From a virus: a stretch of DNA of 64,000 nucleotides. Made by a program: the position numbers and the translations under genes. Each line of letters begins with the position of its first letter. Positions within the stretch are counted from its first letter, which is position 1. The notes below the pieces were generated by a model. That model had not been told where the DNA came from and did no database searches. It was given only the letters and a program-made list of their open reading frames with translations. Positions 54,504-64,000 of this stretch are shown here, piece after piece. The stretch lies in IMG/VR virus record IMGVR_UViG_3300020419_000005. The stretch is one strand, 5' to 3'.

Positions 54504-55382
54504 TTAAAAATAGTTTACTGCTGACACTAGGTCATTCAATTCATTCTCTTCAAAATAAGAAGAGAGGTCGCTCCTGTTAGCAGGAACTAAGGATTCATAT
54601 GTATCTATAATCTTTTCACTTATGTCTTTTGGGATGAACTCAAAGTCTATAAGTTTTTGATTACGACGATACTGATCCATAAGTTCTGGTGTAGTACAGA
54701 AGTCTTCTGGACTTAGTGTAGACCACCTTGCTATTTTAACCTTAGCAAGTGATTTTTGTCTACGTCCTTCCATCAAACAACTATCATCAGATAGAAAGTT
54801 TGGTATTCCATCAGAACGATCACCCTTAAGGATGTGTTCTGCAATGTACAATTTAGGATCTAGTCCCTCTACCCATTTCTTTAGGCAAGGATTGTACTGA
54901 TCAACGTATCCATATCTTTTGAGTTGGATAAAATCCTTATCTCCAGAGAGGATTAAAGTCTTAACTGGTGGTTGCAAATTGTTTTGTAACCTTATGTTAG
55001 CAAGACCTTGTTGCTTACAGAGAACAGCAATGATGTCATCTGCTTCAGCACCATCGACTTCTATGACTTTGTATGGTAAACGATCTAAGAACTCTGCCTT
55101 AAGTTTATTAAGTAGTTCAAAGATATTATCCCAGTTATGTTTAGACTTTTCTCTGTCACGTTTCCGAGTTCCTTTATAGTGAGGATACTCATCACGTCTC
55201 CAGTAATGTCTATTGTCATAACAGAGAACAAGTTCTCCGTACTTCTTCTTAAACTCTGATCGATAGTTGAGCAGAGAATTAAGAACCATATGTCGGACTA
55301 AACCTTCTTGTAACTTCTCAGTTTGTGAAAGCGAAACCATAAGGTTTGCAATCATTACCTGATTCGCATCTACAAGAATCAT
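54504..55382 (-). CDS. rnh: T4-type RNase H (5'-3' exonuclease)
   Basis: ILVD..YWRR..YK..R, EADDII, ILSGDKDFIQL, GDRSDGIPN. Confidence 0.95.
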   Translation of the reverse strand: MILVDANQVMIANLMVSLSQTEKLQEGLVRHMVLNSLLNYRSEFKKKYGELVLCYDNRHYWRRDEYPHYKGTRKRDREKSKHNWDNIFELLNKLKAEFLDRLPYKVIEVDGAEADDIIAVLCKQQGLANIRLQNNLQPPVKTLILSGDKDFIQLKRYGYVDQYNPCLKKWVEGLDPKLYIAEHILKGDRSDGIPNFLSDDSCLMEGRRQKSLAKVKIARWSTLSPEDFCTTPELMDQYRRNQKLIDFEFIPKDISEKIIDTYESLVPANRSDLSSYFEENELNDLVSAVNYF

Positions 55383-55384
55383 TT

Positions 55385-55621
55385 TTAGTCATCATCTTCG
55401 TCATCTATTATATCATTTTCTTCATTCAAACGCAAGTATAGTAGTTCTTCGGGGTCTACCTTGCCATCAGTAGTAAACATCTCTGGATGTATAACTGCTT
55501 TTGCATACGCTGCATTCTCAATGTATGTATCAACATAGTCTTTTACATACCACGAAATAGTAGCACCCATTAGGAACGCTCCTATGATTAATGATGCAAA
55601 TATAACCGCTTGCTCTGCCAT
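55385..55621 (-). CDS. membrane protein (start MAEQA)
   Basis: TM helix plus HPEMF; CTAAATA at 55645-55651. Confidence 0.7.
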   Translation of the reverse strand: MAEQAVIFASLIIGAFLMGATISWYVKDYVDTYIENAAYAKAVIHPEMFTTDGKVDPEELLYLRLNEENDIIDDEDDD

Positions 55622-55643
55622 AGGATACTCCGTGTAGTTAAAA

Positions 55644-56009
55644 TTATTTAGTCTTTTTTTTGCGTCCAGGTTTTCGTGTCTGCTCATACTTCCAAGCATC
55701 TTCTATGAGTGCATAGAGGTACTTGTGTATCTTTCTTGCTTTTGGTTTAGGTATGTGTCCGAAGGACTCTCTTAGGTATGGATCACCACCCTTAATGTAT
55801 CCTTCTAGTTCAAGACAAATCTCTGAGACACTTGCTGCTGTAGTACTCTCAATGAATTCTGTTGCTTCTCTTCGAGTGAATTTCTGTGCTTCAAGTATAG
55901 GGTAAACCTTCATCAGGAATCTACCGTCTTCCATTGCAGCATCTATTGCTCTCTCAACTAGGGCACAAAGTTCATCAACTTTGTTCTGTTGGTTAATCAT
56001 TGTAGTCAA
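55644..56009 (-). CDS. conserved cyanophage hypothetical protein
   Basis: YIKGG..LRE..GHIPKP.ARKI..YL. Confidence 0.8.
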   Translation of the reverse strand: MTTMINQQNKVDELCALVERAIDAAMEDGRFLMKVYPILEAQKFTRREATEFIESTTAASVSEICLELEGYIKGGDPYLRESFGHIPKPKARKIHKYLYALIEDAWKYEQTRKPGRKKKTK

Positions 56010-56251
56010 ATAATACCTCTTGATTTGAAGTGTGAAATTGATTCATTACAACCACCTGTTTTTTGTCCATCGACAACTAACTGTGGGAATGTAGAACCTG
56101 TACCAAATTCTTTATAGAATTGTTCGCGTGTAAAGTTATCGTCAAGTTTATACTCACGATAACTCCATCCTTTTAAATTATAAAATTCTTTTATCTTTGA
56201 ACAGTAAGGGCAACCTGGTCTGGTATAGATCGTTGTACTGGATGGTTTCAT
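56006..56251 (-). CDS. nrdC: glutaredoxin
   Basis: IYTRPGCPYC..TFPQ..GG. Confidence 0.9.
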   Translation of the reverse strand: MKPSSTTIYTRPGCPYCSKIKEFYNLKGWSYREYKLDDNFTREQFYKEFGTGSTFPQLVVDGQKTGGCNESISHFKSRGII

Positions 56252-56868
56252 TAGTTGAGATGTACGTTGAATGCGATTGAATAACGAGGAAGATCTGTGT
56301 TGTTCTTTTCCGTAGCGTGTTCTAACCACGATGGAAATAGTATAACAGATTCTGGAGTTGGATTGAAGTAAATACCTTCCTCAGTTCCGAACATACACAT
56401 CTTAGCATACATATTCGGATTGTAAAATAGTATTCCTCCCATCTCAGGTATAGTCTTATGATAATACACACCAGATATTTGATGACCTGCGTGTGTATGT
56501 CTTTGTTGTGACTTACCTTTACCTACTACATTAATCCAAGATTGTGAGATCGTCCACGATCCCTTCAATGGTTCTATGTATGCTGATGCACTATCTGGAA
56601 CAGGTAATTTTTGTGAACTAACATATTTCTCTATTGCTTTACCTAAAAAACTTTCAAGGTTTGGCATTGGATGTTTCTTAAACATCTGTAATAAATGTTG
56701 CTTTGAATGTGTACCGTGTAAGGTTTCTTGCAAAGCATAAGGAGACAGATATGAACTGTCAGACCAGTCACCTGTCTCCTCTAAGTATTTGATTGTGTTG
56801 TCTATCTCATCTACTATAGTGGGGTCACTATGTTCTGATGGAAATATTTCAATGGGAAAAAGTTGCAT
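56251..56868 (-). CDS. 2OG-Fe(II) oxygenase (TIGR02466-like)
   Basis: SWIN..HTH..ISGVYY..ILFPSWLEH..RYSIAFN. Confidence 0.85.
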   Translation of the reverse strand: MQLFPIEIFPSEHSDPTIVDEIDNTIKYLEETGDWSDSSYLSPYALQETLHGTHSKQHLLQMFKKHPMPNLESFLGKAIEKYVSSQKLPVPDSASAYIEPLKGSWTISQSWINVVGKGKSQQRHTHAGHQISGVYYHKTIPEMGGILFYNPNMYAKMCMFGTEEGIYFNPTPESVILFPSWLEHATEKNNTDLPRYSIAFNVHLN

Positions 56869-57061
56869 CTTGTAGTTCTTCGACTCTGTAGTGTCTCCAA
56901 AGGGATTGATCTAAACCAAAGATCTCTACCTCGGCACCGCTAGGTGCATCAAATATGTATGTCTCGAATGGCATTATTACTTTCTCTATCCAAAAGTTTT
57001 CTGCCATACATTTTAGTATTACCATCCTATCAGATTCATTTCTATAGTTGTAACTATTCAC
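56849..57061 (-). CDS. DUF1830-like protein
   Basis: YRN.S.RMVILKC..IEKV..P.E...F.AP..A..EI. Confidence 0.7.
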   Translation of the reverse strand: MNSYNYRNESDRMVILKCMAENFWIEKVIMPFETYIFDAPSGAEVEIFGLDQSLWRHYRVEELQDATFSH

Positions 57062-57236
57062 CAGACAACTCCCTCAATTTCTCGTGGCAGTGATCAATTA
57101 TCTCTTGTCTGTAGAACATCAGTTCATTAAAACAATCTTGATTGTACGCACAGGATCTTAGTTTAGTATCAGGTTTGTGTAGACTCTCTATCAGTAGAGT
57201 CAGTCCCCGTTGTTTCCTCTCCTGTTCTTCTGACAT
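57054..57236 (-). CDS. hypothetical protein
   Basis: GL.L.IES.HKPD..LR.CA.NQ.C..EL. Confidence 0.7.
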   Translation of the reverse strand: MSEEQERKQRGLTLLIESLHKPDTKLRSCAYNQDCFNELMFYRQEIIDHCHEKLRELSGE

Positions 57237-57450
57237 CTGATTCCTGTGTTGCTTTCTTAACATTATATATGGAATCGTCTAATTTTGCAAGTTCTCCAAG
57301 CATACTCTTTTGATATTTCTTTTCCTTCTTCATTTTTTTACGAAGAGTCTCAGGATCATCTTTATATTTCGTACCTATTTTTACGATACGTTGTAGTTCA
57401 TTGTGGGATTGTTTTAATCTTCTATCCCAGAAGGCATCTTTGTTTAACAT
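57169..57450 (-). CDS. hypothetical protein
   Basis: ORF track. Confidence 0.6.
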   Translation of the reverse strand: MLNKDAFWDRRLKQSHNELQRIVKIGTKYKDDPETLRKKMKKEKKYQKSMLGELAKLDDSIYNVKKATQESDVRRTGEETTGTDSTDRESTQT

Positions 57451-60400
57451 TAAACTGCGTCGTCAATGATTAGTCTGAAAGATCTGAAGTGATTGTTTCT
57501 AGACCTGCTACTATTACTATACCATACAGTTGAGTTTCTGTCGTGTGATGACTGGTATAAACCCCACTTAGCAGTCCTAGTATTGATAGAGGTCTCTGCG
57601 TTACGTAACCTTATTCTTTGAGGTAGGTTCTTTTCTTGTGGATAGTATGGTGTTGTGGTCTCTGCACCTTCATTGTTTATAAGTTTCTCATCTCTTACAG
57701 GGAACTCCCAAGTAAATTCCATACCATCAGTGTACCCTTGACCTGCATTTATAATAGAATCTACAGTCCATCTAAACTGGTATCCTTTCTTAGTCTCAGG
57801 TGCTGTCTGTGTATCAGTTGCTTTATAAATTAACTCTGCTCTCATTCTTAACTTGATTCCATTAGTACCACCCAATTCAAAATCGTGATAGAAATATACT
57901 GGTTCTCCTGCTGCATTCTTTCTCTGCCAATACTGTATCAAGGTAGCAGGTTCTCTATACATCATTTGTGTTGCTGATGATGTATCCTCTACACTCACAG
58001 TGAATAATTTTTCTACAAGATCACTGACTTGACTGTCAAAGTAATTTGCTGTTGGCGAACCTGATGCAATCATAATGACAGGTGATGGGAAACCATATGC
58101 ACCCACATCAATGTCTTCATTCAGTGTTCCAAATGATAACTGATTTATAGCACCACCTGATATACAAGAGGCAGTATCAAGACTGTTTACTACAATACCT
58201 TGTCTGAATATAGTACCAATATCTTTGTCTTTACCTACATAGAATTTTTCTAGTTGACCTATTCTATATCCACCACTACCCATATCAATCATACTTTCTA
58301 CACGGTATCTCATTCCATCTGTAACTGCTTCGTATCTAATGTTAAGTGACATACCACCATCACCAATAGACCTAACAATATATCCTGTGCTATTGTCATC
58401 AGTTCTTACTTGATTCACGTGTGTAGGACGTGGAGTAACTGTCAACCAGTTGTTAGTAAATCCACCACCACTTGACCACGCAGACACTGTGTTACTTGAA
58501 TTGTTAAGATCATATAATGAGAATGATCCAGGCATACCACAATTCAGATTAGTATCTGGAACATTATGTGATGTTGTTATAAGTTCTACTCCAAATATAT
58601 TAATGATCTCTTTTGTACTCTCATTATGTAAAGCAAAGTGTGGTGTTACTGATGCGTTGTAATGACCTGCCTCAATACTAACAACTCTGAATGTAATATC
58701 ATCACCTGCAACCATACTAAAAGTATGGAATGGTGTACCTATTTTTTCCCACTCATCTACGTGTGCTTCATCCTCAAATATTTTTACATTGTTCTTATAC
58801 AACTCATACTTAAATACTGTACACTCACCGATACCACCTGTCATACCACCGTGTGATCTTAAACTTACAGTCCCATCTTGTACAGCAGTCAGTGTTTGTG
58901 CAGTGTTATGTTTAAGAAGATAATCACCTACACAATTACTACAACCTGACACTGCTGAATCACCCTCTGCAACTTGACCACAACCAGTACGTGACATCTC
59001 CATATTCTTAAATCCTGTAGGATCAAATAGATAATCTTCACAAGATTTGATAGGAGGTAACTCTCTGTACTCAGGTTCTACTAAGTCTCTAAATACATAA
59101 CCTGTAATACCTTCATAGAACCAAGGAGATCCATTGTAACTCATACGATATGATATTTTTACATCGTCATAGTCATCATCACCATTCAATAAATCTTCCC
59201 ACCATTGCCACCAACGTGATGTCCATCTTGTAAAGTTTTTATTATTCCAGTTCAGTCTCCTCTCACTAAAGAAACTATAGTTTTGTTCTGCTGAATTTAG
59301 ATTAGTTCTCCAACCATTACCAGTATCAGTGAATGTCAATAGATCATTCTGTGCCACAGAACTACCATTAGCAGTAAAACCGTTAGGGACCATAACAAAT
59401 CCTATTTTACAAGGAGCATATTGATTTATGATTGTCTTTGAAATTGTGTGTGATAGGTATCCAGTAGCGTCTGTAGCATTAGGAAGAACGACTTGACCAT
59501 ATGCAGGGTCGCCATTTGTATCAGTAATATAATATCCAAAAGTATTTTTATATGCTGCACCACCACGTTGACAATTAAACTCAATTAATATATCAGCATC
59601 AACAACACCTCCAATATTATAAAATCCTCCTGTTAAAACAGGTTCTATTAACTCTCCACCAATAGGTGTTAAAGAATATCTATGATCACCTGTTGTAGGA
59701 TTCCAGTACCTATGTAAAGTTGATATTTGTTCTCCATCACCTAGGGAACTAATCCCATCAATTTTCTCACGGAAAATGTAAGAAATAACATCACTCCTAG
59801 ATCCCATATTGTAAGCATCCATAGATGACTTCTCTGCTACTGGGTCCATAGTCAACATAGTATCTGTTTGAGTAGCACTATATGAAACATATAACTCTGC
59901 TGATCTAGGTTCTTGTTTATTATGCCCGTAAAATATTATGCTTGATGATGTGTAACTATTGTCAGGAGGAGTAGATGATAAACTATAATGATGATTGGTA
60001 GGAGATACGTGTTCATATATTGCTCTACGTTCTGGAACACAGTTCTTTACACATACTTTATTAGATGTTCTATTAAAATCTTGAGTGAAAAAGTTTTCAC
60101 AGTCTGGCATAGGAGGTTTCCAATCACCACCTGCGTATGGTCTTAACATACATTTGATATGATCGAACATACAATCAGGTATAGGATCTACATTGTCATC
60201 ACAATCTACCTCTGATGATGTATCATAAGGATCGTTTTGACACTCAGCACCTGAGTTGGGATCTCTAGGATCTTCAAGTTCTATTTTTATTTTACTTGGT
60301 ACACCTATATCTTCAAGACCAAGACCTGCTAAATGATCTACAATATATCCAATATCATATTCAATAGGTCCTAAGTCTGCACCACTTGTATCTGGTTCTT

Positions 60401-60605
60401 GAAAGTTAGGTATTGTCTGTGTCTGTTGTGAAGGATAACACTGACCTATTAAATTTTCTATGACCTGATTTACTGTTGCATCAGCAGGAGTACCATCACC
60501 TTTTATATTTGAACCACCGCCACCAGAAGGCACCTCAGTTTGTCCCGCAGAAGAATCTTCTGAGGGATCACAATTCTGATTAAACCAACCGTTATCTTGA
60601 CCCAT
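57450..60605 (-). CDS. large virion-associated protein with DUF4114-like motif
   Basis: AYKNTFGYY..WEDLLNGDDDYDD; late promoter upstream. Confidence 0.65.
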   Translation of the reverse strand: MGQDNGWFNQNCDPSEDSSAGQTEVPSGGGGSNIKGDGTPADATVNQVIENLIGQCYPSQQTQTIPNFQEPDTSGADLGPIEYDIGYIVDHLAGLGLEDIGVPSKIKIELEDPRDPNSGAECQNDPYDTSSEVDCDDNVDPIPDCMFDHIKCMLRPYAGGDWKPPMPDCENFFTQDFNRTSNKVCVKNCVPERRAIYEHVSPTNHHYSLSSTPPDNSYTSSSIIFYGHNKQEPRSAELYVSYSATQTDTMLTMDPVAEKSSMDAYNMGSRSDVISYIFREKIDGISSLGDGEQISTLHRYWNPTTGDHRYSLTPIGGELIEPVLTGGFYNIGGVVDADILIEFNCQRGGAAYKNTFGYYITDTNGDPAYGQVVLPNATDATGYLSHTISKTIINQYAPCKIGFVMVPNGFTANGSSVAQNDLLTFTDTGNGWRTNLNSAEQNYSFFSERRLNWNNKNFTRWTSRWWQWWEDLLNGDDDYDDVKISYRMSYNGSPWFYEGITGYVFRDLVEPEYRELPPIKSCEDYLFDPTGFKNMEMSRTGCGQVAEGDSAVSGCSNCVGDYLLKHNTAQTLTAVQDGTVSLRSHGGMTGGIGECTVFKYELYKNNVKIFEDEAHVDEWEKIGTPFHTFSMVAGDDITFRVVSIEAGHYNASVTPHFALHNESTKEIINIFGVELITTSHNVPDTNLNCGMPGSFSLYDLNNSSNTVSAWSSGGGFTNNWLTVTPRPTHVNQVRTDDNSTGYIVRSIGDGGMSLNIRYEAVTDGMRYRVESMIDMGSGGYRIGQLEKFYVGKDKDIGTIFRQGIVVNSLDTASCISGGAINQLSFGTLNEDIDVGAYGFPSPVIMIASGSPTANYFDSQVSDLVEKLFTVSVEDTSSATQMMYREPATLIQYWQRKNAAGEPVYFYHDFELGGTNGIKLRMRAELIYKATDTQTAPETKKGYQFRWTVDSIINAGQGYTDGMEFTWEFPVRDEKLINNEGAETTTPYYPQEKNLPQRIRLRNAETSINTRTAKWGLYQSSHDRNSTVWYSNSSRSRNNHFRSFRLIIDDAV

Positions 60606-60763
60606 TACTTAAAGTTTTTAACTTCTCTACAAACCATTCTAGTCTTGACTGCTACACATTGAAATCCTTTATCTTTCGACTGCAAATTAATGAGGTAAGC
60701 AAGTTGACCTATGACTATGATAGGGAATAGTATCTTTAAAATGTCTTTAGTTTTTGTTTTCAT
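60605..60763 (-). CDS. small membrane protein (start MKTKT)
   Basis: CTAAATA at 60769-60775. Confidence 0.6.
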   Translation of the reverse strand: MKTKTKDILKILFPIIVIGQLAYLINLQSKDKGFQCVAVKTRMVCREVKNFK

Positions 60764-60771
60764 TTTATTAT

Positions 60772-63498
60772 TTAGGAGCAAGCACACACTAAATTTCTGT
60801 CCCCATATACATTATCTATACGTGAAACCGATGCCCAGAATTTATTAGTCTGATTCATTGGGTATGCTGCTTGTTCTCTTGAGTATGGATACTTCCATTC
60901 AGTCTTAGTGCATACCTTAGATGTGTGTGGAGCGTTCTTAAGTATCTCTGGTATAGTATCTATCTCTTCTCTGATACTCTTTAAAGAACTAACAAATCTT
61001 TTCAACTCATCTAATGATTCTGACTCTGTAGGTTCTATCATCATAGTTCCTGCAACAGGCCACGACAGAGTTGGTGCGTGAAAACCATAGTCCATTAGTC
61101 TCTTTGCTACATCTTCAGCAGTCACTGGTAGATTACGACAGTCTATGATACATTCGTGTGCAACTCTACCATTACTTGCTTTATATAATACTGGAAAGAA
61201 CTCATCTATTTCTTGAGCAATCCAGTTTGCTGATAGTAATGATACAGCACTTGCTTTTCTAAGTCCATCAGCACCCATCATACGAATGTACATCCAACTA
61301 ATAGGAAGTATAGATGCACTACCTTGTGGTACAGCAGACACACGTTGATTTATAAAAGGTGATAGATGTTTTGCTACACCAATAGGTCCGACACCTGGTC
61401 CACCACCACCGTGAGGAATACAAAATGTTTTATGTAAATTCATATGACATACATCAGCACCATACTCACAAGGTTTAGCAAGACCAACCTGTGCATTTAG
61501 ATTAGCACCATCAAGATATACCTGACCACCAAACTCGTGAACGATAGAACATATTTCTTTGACAGTAGATTCAAATACACCGTGTGTTGATGGGTATGTA
61601 ATCATACAACAAGCAAGTTCATCTGCTTCTAGGCACGCTTTAATTCTTAGATCGTGAATGTCCACGTTACCTTTATCATCACAATCAACAGTAACAACTT
61701 TCATTCCTGCCATCACTGCTGATGCAGGGTTAGTTCCGTGTGCACTCTTGGGTATCAAACATACGTTTCTCTTAGGATTTTCATTGTGTTTATGGTAGTC
61801 TAAGATTGCTAATAGACCTGCATACTCACCCTGTGATCCTGCATTAGGTTGTAATGATACTGTATCGAATCCTGTGATGTCACATAACCATTTCTTTAAG
61901 TCATCTATAATTTTTGTGTAACCTTTAGACTGATCCATTGGAACCATAGGATGTAAGTTCATCTCATCCCAAGTAACAGGCATAAGTTCTGACGCTGCAT
62001 TTAATTTCATAGTGCAACTACCTAGAGGTATCATACCATTTACTAATGAGAAATCTTTTGCACCTAACTCATAGATGTAACGCATCATATCTGTTTCACT
62101 ATGATACTTATTAAATATATCCTGTTCTAAAAATGGTAAGTCTCTCTCTGGTATTCCAATCCATTGTGTATCAAGAGTTGAATCCCATACTGCTTTGATG
62201 GATACACCTGTTGATACAAAATCATTTTGTGAATCTACAATATCTTTGACCTCATCTAATGTAGTCAACTCATCTAATGATAGAGTAACCCAACCTTGAT
62301 AGTCATACTTAACATTAAAATTATGTAAACGTGCTTGAGATTTGAATCTAACTGTATCAAACCCTTCTGTATCTTCTACCTCTATACCAGACCAAGTTAG
62401 TGCTCTTAATAAAGTTGCTCTCAGTCTTCTAATCCTTAATGCTATTGCCATAAGACCATCTGGTCCGTGATATGCAGCATAGAATCCTGCCATATTAGCA
62501 AGCAGTGCCTGTGCTGTACATATATTACTGGTTGCTTTGTCTCTTCTTATATGCTGTTCTCTTGTCTGTAGTGCAAGACGATAACATTTATTACCTTCAT
62601 TATCAACAGACTGTCCTACAATCCTACCTGGAATTTTTCTTTTGTGCTTGTCTGTAATAGCAAAGAACGCTGCGTGTGGTCCACCAAATCCCATAGGAAC
62701 TCCAAACCTTTGCATACTACCAACTGCAATATCAAATCCCATATGTCCTACAGGTTTCATTAACACTTGTGCCATAGGATCTACAGCAGCAATAGTCATT
62801 ACCTTTAGATCTTTACACCAAGATATTAAACCATCCATTATCTTAATCTTACCATCCACATTAGGCATTTGCATTATCATTCCGAAGGCATCATCAACAA
62901 AGTCTTCTATACTTATAGACGAGAATATATCCATCGTCACAATCTTTATCCCTAACGGTCTTGCACGGGTCTGTAACACCTCGTAAGTCTGTGGGTATAT
63001 GTATTTGTCAACTATGAATGTATTTTTATCTTTTGTATTATTATATGCCAGTATCATTGCTTCAGCAGCAGCAGTTCCTTCATCTAATAAAGAAGCATTT
63101 GCAATAGGTAGACCTACAAGTTCTGTTATTAATGTTTGGTAATTAAATAGTGCTTCTAATCTTCCTTGTGAAATCTCTGCTTGGTACGGTGTGTATGATG
63201 TGTACCAAGATGGGTTCTCTAATACGTTTCTCTGTATGACAGGAGGTGTGATCGTTCCATAGTATCCTTGACCTATAAGAGATCTCTTGATCACATTCTC
63301 ACTCATAATTTCTTTGAGTTCTGCAAGTGCAGTGTTCTCATTTAATCCTACAGGAACATCATCTAATGATCTGTATAGGATACTATCTGGAACTACTTCA
63401 CGAACAAGTGCATCTAAATTAGTAAGACCAAGATCGTGTATCATCTTAGTCTGTTGTTCGTCAGTAGGACCTATGTGACGACGGATAAAATCTGACAT
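60772..63498 (-). CDS. gcvP: glycine dehydrogenase (decarboxylating), P protein
   Basis: FIRRHIGP, YTPYQAEISQGRLE, REQHIRRDKATSNICT, PLGSCTMKLN, NLHKTF (PLP Lys), PHGGGGPG, RIDNVYGDRNLVC. Confidence 0.97.
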   Translation of the reverse strand: MSDFIRRHIGPTDEQQTKMIHDLGLTNLDALVREVVPDSILYRSLDDVPVGLNENTALAELKEIMSENVIKRSLIGQGYYGTITPPVIQRNVLENPSWYTSYTPYQAEISQGRLEALFNYQTLITELVGLPIANASLLDEGTAAAEAMILAYNNTKDKNTFIVDKYIYPQTYEVLQTRARPLGIKIVTMDIFSSISIEDFVDDAFGMIMQMPNVDGKIKIMDGLISWCKDLKVMTIAAVDPMAQVLMKPVGHMGFDIAVGSMQRFGVPMGFGGPHAAFFAITDKHKRKIPGRIVGQSVDNEGNKCYRLALQTREQHIRRDKATSNICTAQALLANMAGFYAAYHGPDGLMAIALRIRRLRATLLRALTWSGIEVEDTEGFDTVRFKSQARLHNFNVKYDYQGWVTLSLDELTTLDEVKDIVDSQNDFVSTGVSIKAVWDSTLDTQWIGIPERDLPFLEQDIFNKYHSETDMMRYIYELGAKDFSLVNGMIPLGSCTMKLNAASELMPVTWDEMNLHPMVPMDQSKGYTKIIDDLKKWLCDITGFDTVSLQPNAGSQGEYAGLLAILDYHKHNENPKRNVCLIPKSAHGTNPASAVMAGMKVVTVDCDDKGNVDIHDLRIKACLEADELACCMITYPSTHGVFESTVKEICSIVHEFGGQVYLDGANLNAQVGLAKPCEYGADVCHMNLHKTFCIPHGGGGPGVGPIGVAKHLSPFINQRVSAVPQGSASILPISWMYIRMMGADGLRKASAVSLLSANWIAQEIDEFFPVLYKASNGRVAHECIIDCRNLPVTAEDVAKRLMDYGFHAPTLSWPVAGTMMIEPTESESLDELKRFVSSLKSIREEIDTIPEILKNAPHTSKVCTKTEWKYPYSREQAAYPMNQTNKFWASVSRIDNVYGDRNLVCACS

Positions 63499-63602
63499 TA
63501 ACCGAATGTATGTATGTTGTAGGATTTGCGGACAGGTGGGTACAAAATTTTCTTTGGTTGTTTAACTGTTAAGTATATCTTAAGTAGTTTTTTTGATTTC
63601 AT
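63498..63602 (-). CDS. 34-aa basic peptide, nearly leaderless, coupled to gcvP
   Basis: Manual: MKSKKLLKIYLTVKQPKKILYPPVRKSYNIHTFG; TAATG overlap. Confidence 0.6.
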   Translation of the reverse strand: MKSKKLLKIYLTVKQPKKILYPPVRKSYNIHTFG

Positions 63603-63638
63603 ACTACTAATTATAACACATAAAAAAAGGACCTGCAA
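63602..63638 (-). promoter_or_regulatory. sigma70 promoter for the gcvP operon
   Basis: TTGCAG-17-TATAAT with extended TG. Confidence 0.75.
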
Positions 63639-63663
63639 AACACCAATAAAGCAGATCCTTTTT
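63622..63663 (-). terminator. Intrinsic terminator after the manA-like RNA
   Basis: AAGGAUCUGC-14nt-GCAGGUCCUU followed by a U-run. Confidence 0.8.
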
Positions 63664-63670
63664 AAATTTA

Positions 63671-63853
63671 GAGGGAGGTTGGGTTCCTGTGTACCAACAA
63701 AGAAGGGGCATTACTACAGAGTAAAAACCTTCTTGCCTGAGACCCGATTGGTAAATCGATTCTGCTTTCGCAGCAGCACCACCTGTGTCTCATCACCTTA
63801 ACTAGCGTTTGCCAGTAAGTTTATTCAGTCACTCCCGATGTCGCGTCCGACTC
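63671..63853 (-). ncRNA. manA: manA RNA motif (large structured cyanophage RNA)
   Basis: GGGAGUGACUGAAUAAACUUACUGGC..CUAGUUAAGGUGAUGAGACACAGGUGGUGCUGC..GUCUCA..CCAACCUCCC with nested stems and a GAAA tetraloop; family assigned from memory. Confidence 0.7.
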
Positions 63854-63857
63854 TTAT

Positions 63858-63886
63858 AATATAACACTACTTGCCGATCTTGTCAA
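63858..63886 (-). promoter_or_regulatory. sigma70 promoter for the manA-like RNA
   Basis: TTGACA-17-TATATT with extended TG; -35 lies inside pstS. Confidence 0.75.
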
Positions 63887-64000
63887 CAGCATCTCTTGCT
63901 TTTTCTAAGATCTCACCTTTTAGAGGAACGAATCCTAGTTTAGGTGCTTTATCTTGGTACTCGTCACTAAGTAGTCTGCTCAATGAAGACTTGATTGCGT
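63867..64000 (-). CDS. pstS: phosphate-binding protein PstS, C-terminal fragment
   Basis: Manual: AIKSSLSRLLSDEYQDKAPKLGFVPLKGEILEKARDAVDKIGK*. Confidence 0.8.
   Translation of the reverse strand, partial: AIKSSLSRLLSDEYQDKAPKLGFVPLKGEILEKARDAVDKIGK

Noticed and set aside
1040-63801. Most plus-strand ORFs in the track (e.g. 11111-11719, 22259-22771, 35639-36460, 63526-63801)
   Set aside because: Antisense shadows of well-supported minus-strand genes or of the manA RNA; no motifs or initiation signals.
63671-63853. Glycine riboswitch upstream of gcvP
   Set aside because: Lacks the GGAGA..CCGAAG..CUCUCAGG aptamer pattern and is separated from gcvP by a terminator and a new promoter.

Overview
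A 64-kb segment of an AT-rich T4-like cyanomyovirus (Kyanoviridae), most likely a Prochlorococcus phage. Almost all genes are on the minus strand. In window order: (i) 1-392, 5' part of an NlpC/P60 gene. (ii) ~0.4-12.2 kb, an early/host-takeover region of ~40 small, mostly acidic ORFs, with an ArdA-like protein, a NUMOD4-HNH nuclease, a PD-(D/E)XK-like protein and an SF2 helicase, organised as repeated promoter-leader cassettes. (iii) ~13.5-23.3 kb, eight 2OG-Fe(II) oxygenase-fold genes and two flavin-dependent halogenases, directly downstream of (iv) a glycine-rich fibre and other virion genes (23.3-32.4 kb). (v) cpeT, gp5, CP12, a gp27-like hub, two tape-measure-like genes, gp51/gp26, gp54-like, gp2, gp4, gp48, gp53. 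(vi) gp32, gp33, an exonuclease, phoH, thyX, RNase H, glutaredoxin. (vii) A large virion protein, gcvP, a manA-type structured RNA with its own promoter and terminator, and the 3' end of pstS. The most notable unexplained signals are non-coding. An AACAC(U/C) leader motif stands in place of a Shine-Dalgarno sequence on ~15 early cassettes, and a structured RNA (2762-2913) has a hairpin loop that is its exact antisense. Seven early promoters carry OmpR/PhoB-family-like 11-bp-period direct repeats at fixed spacing. There is a 16/19 Fur-box match and a 91-nt closed-stem leader RNA. A U-UUU-UUC -1 slippery site would fuse gp26 to gp51 immediately upstream of the tape-measure-like genes. Family calls come from motif recognition by eye; no database search was run.
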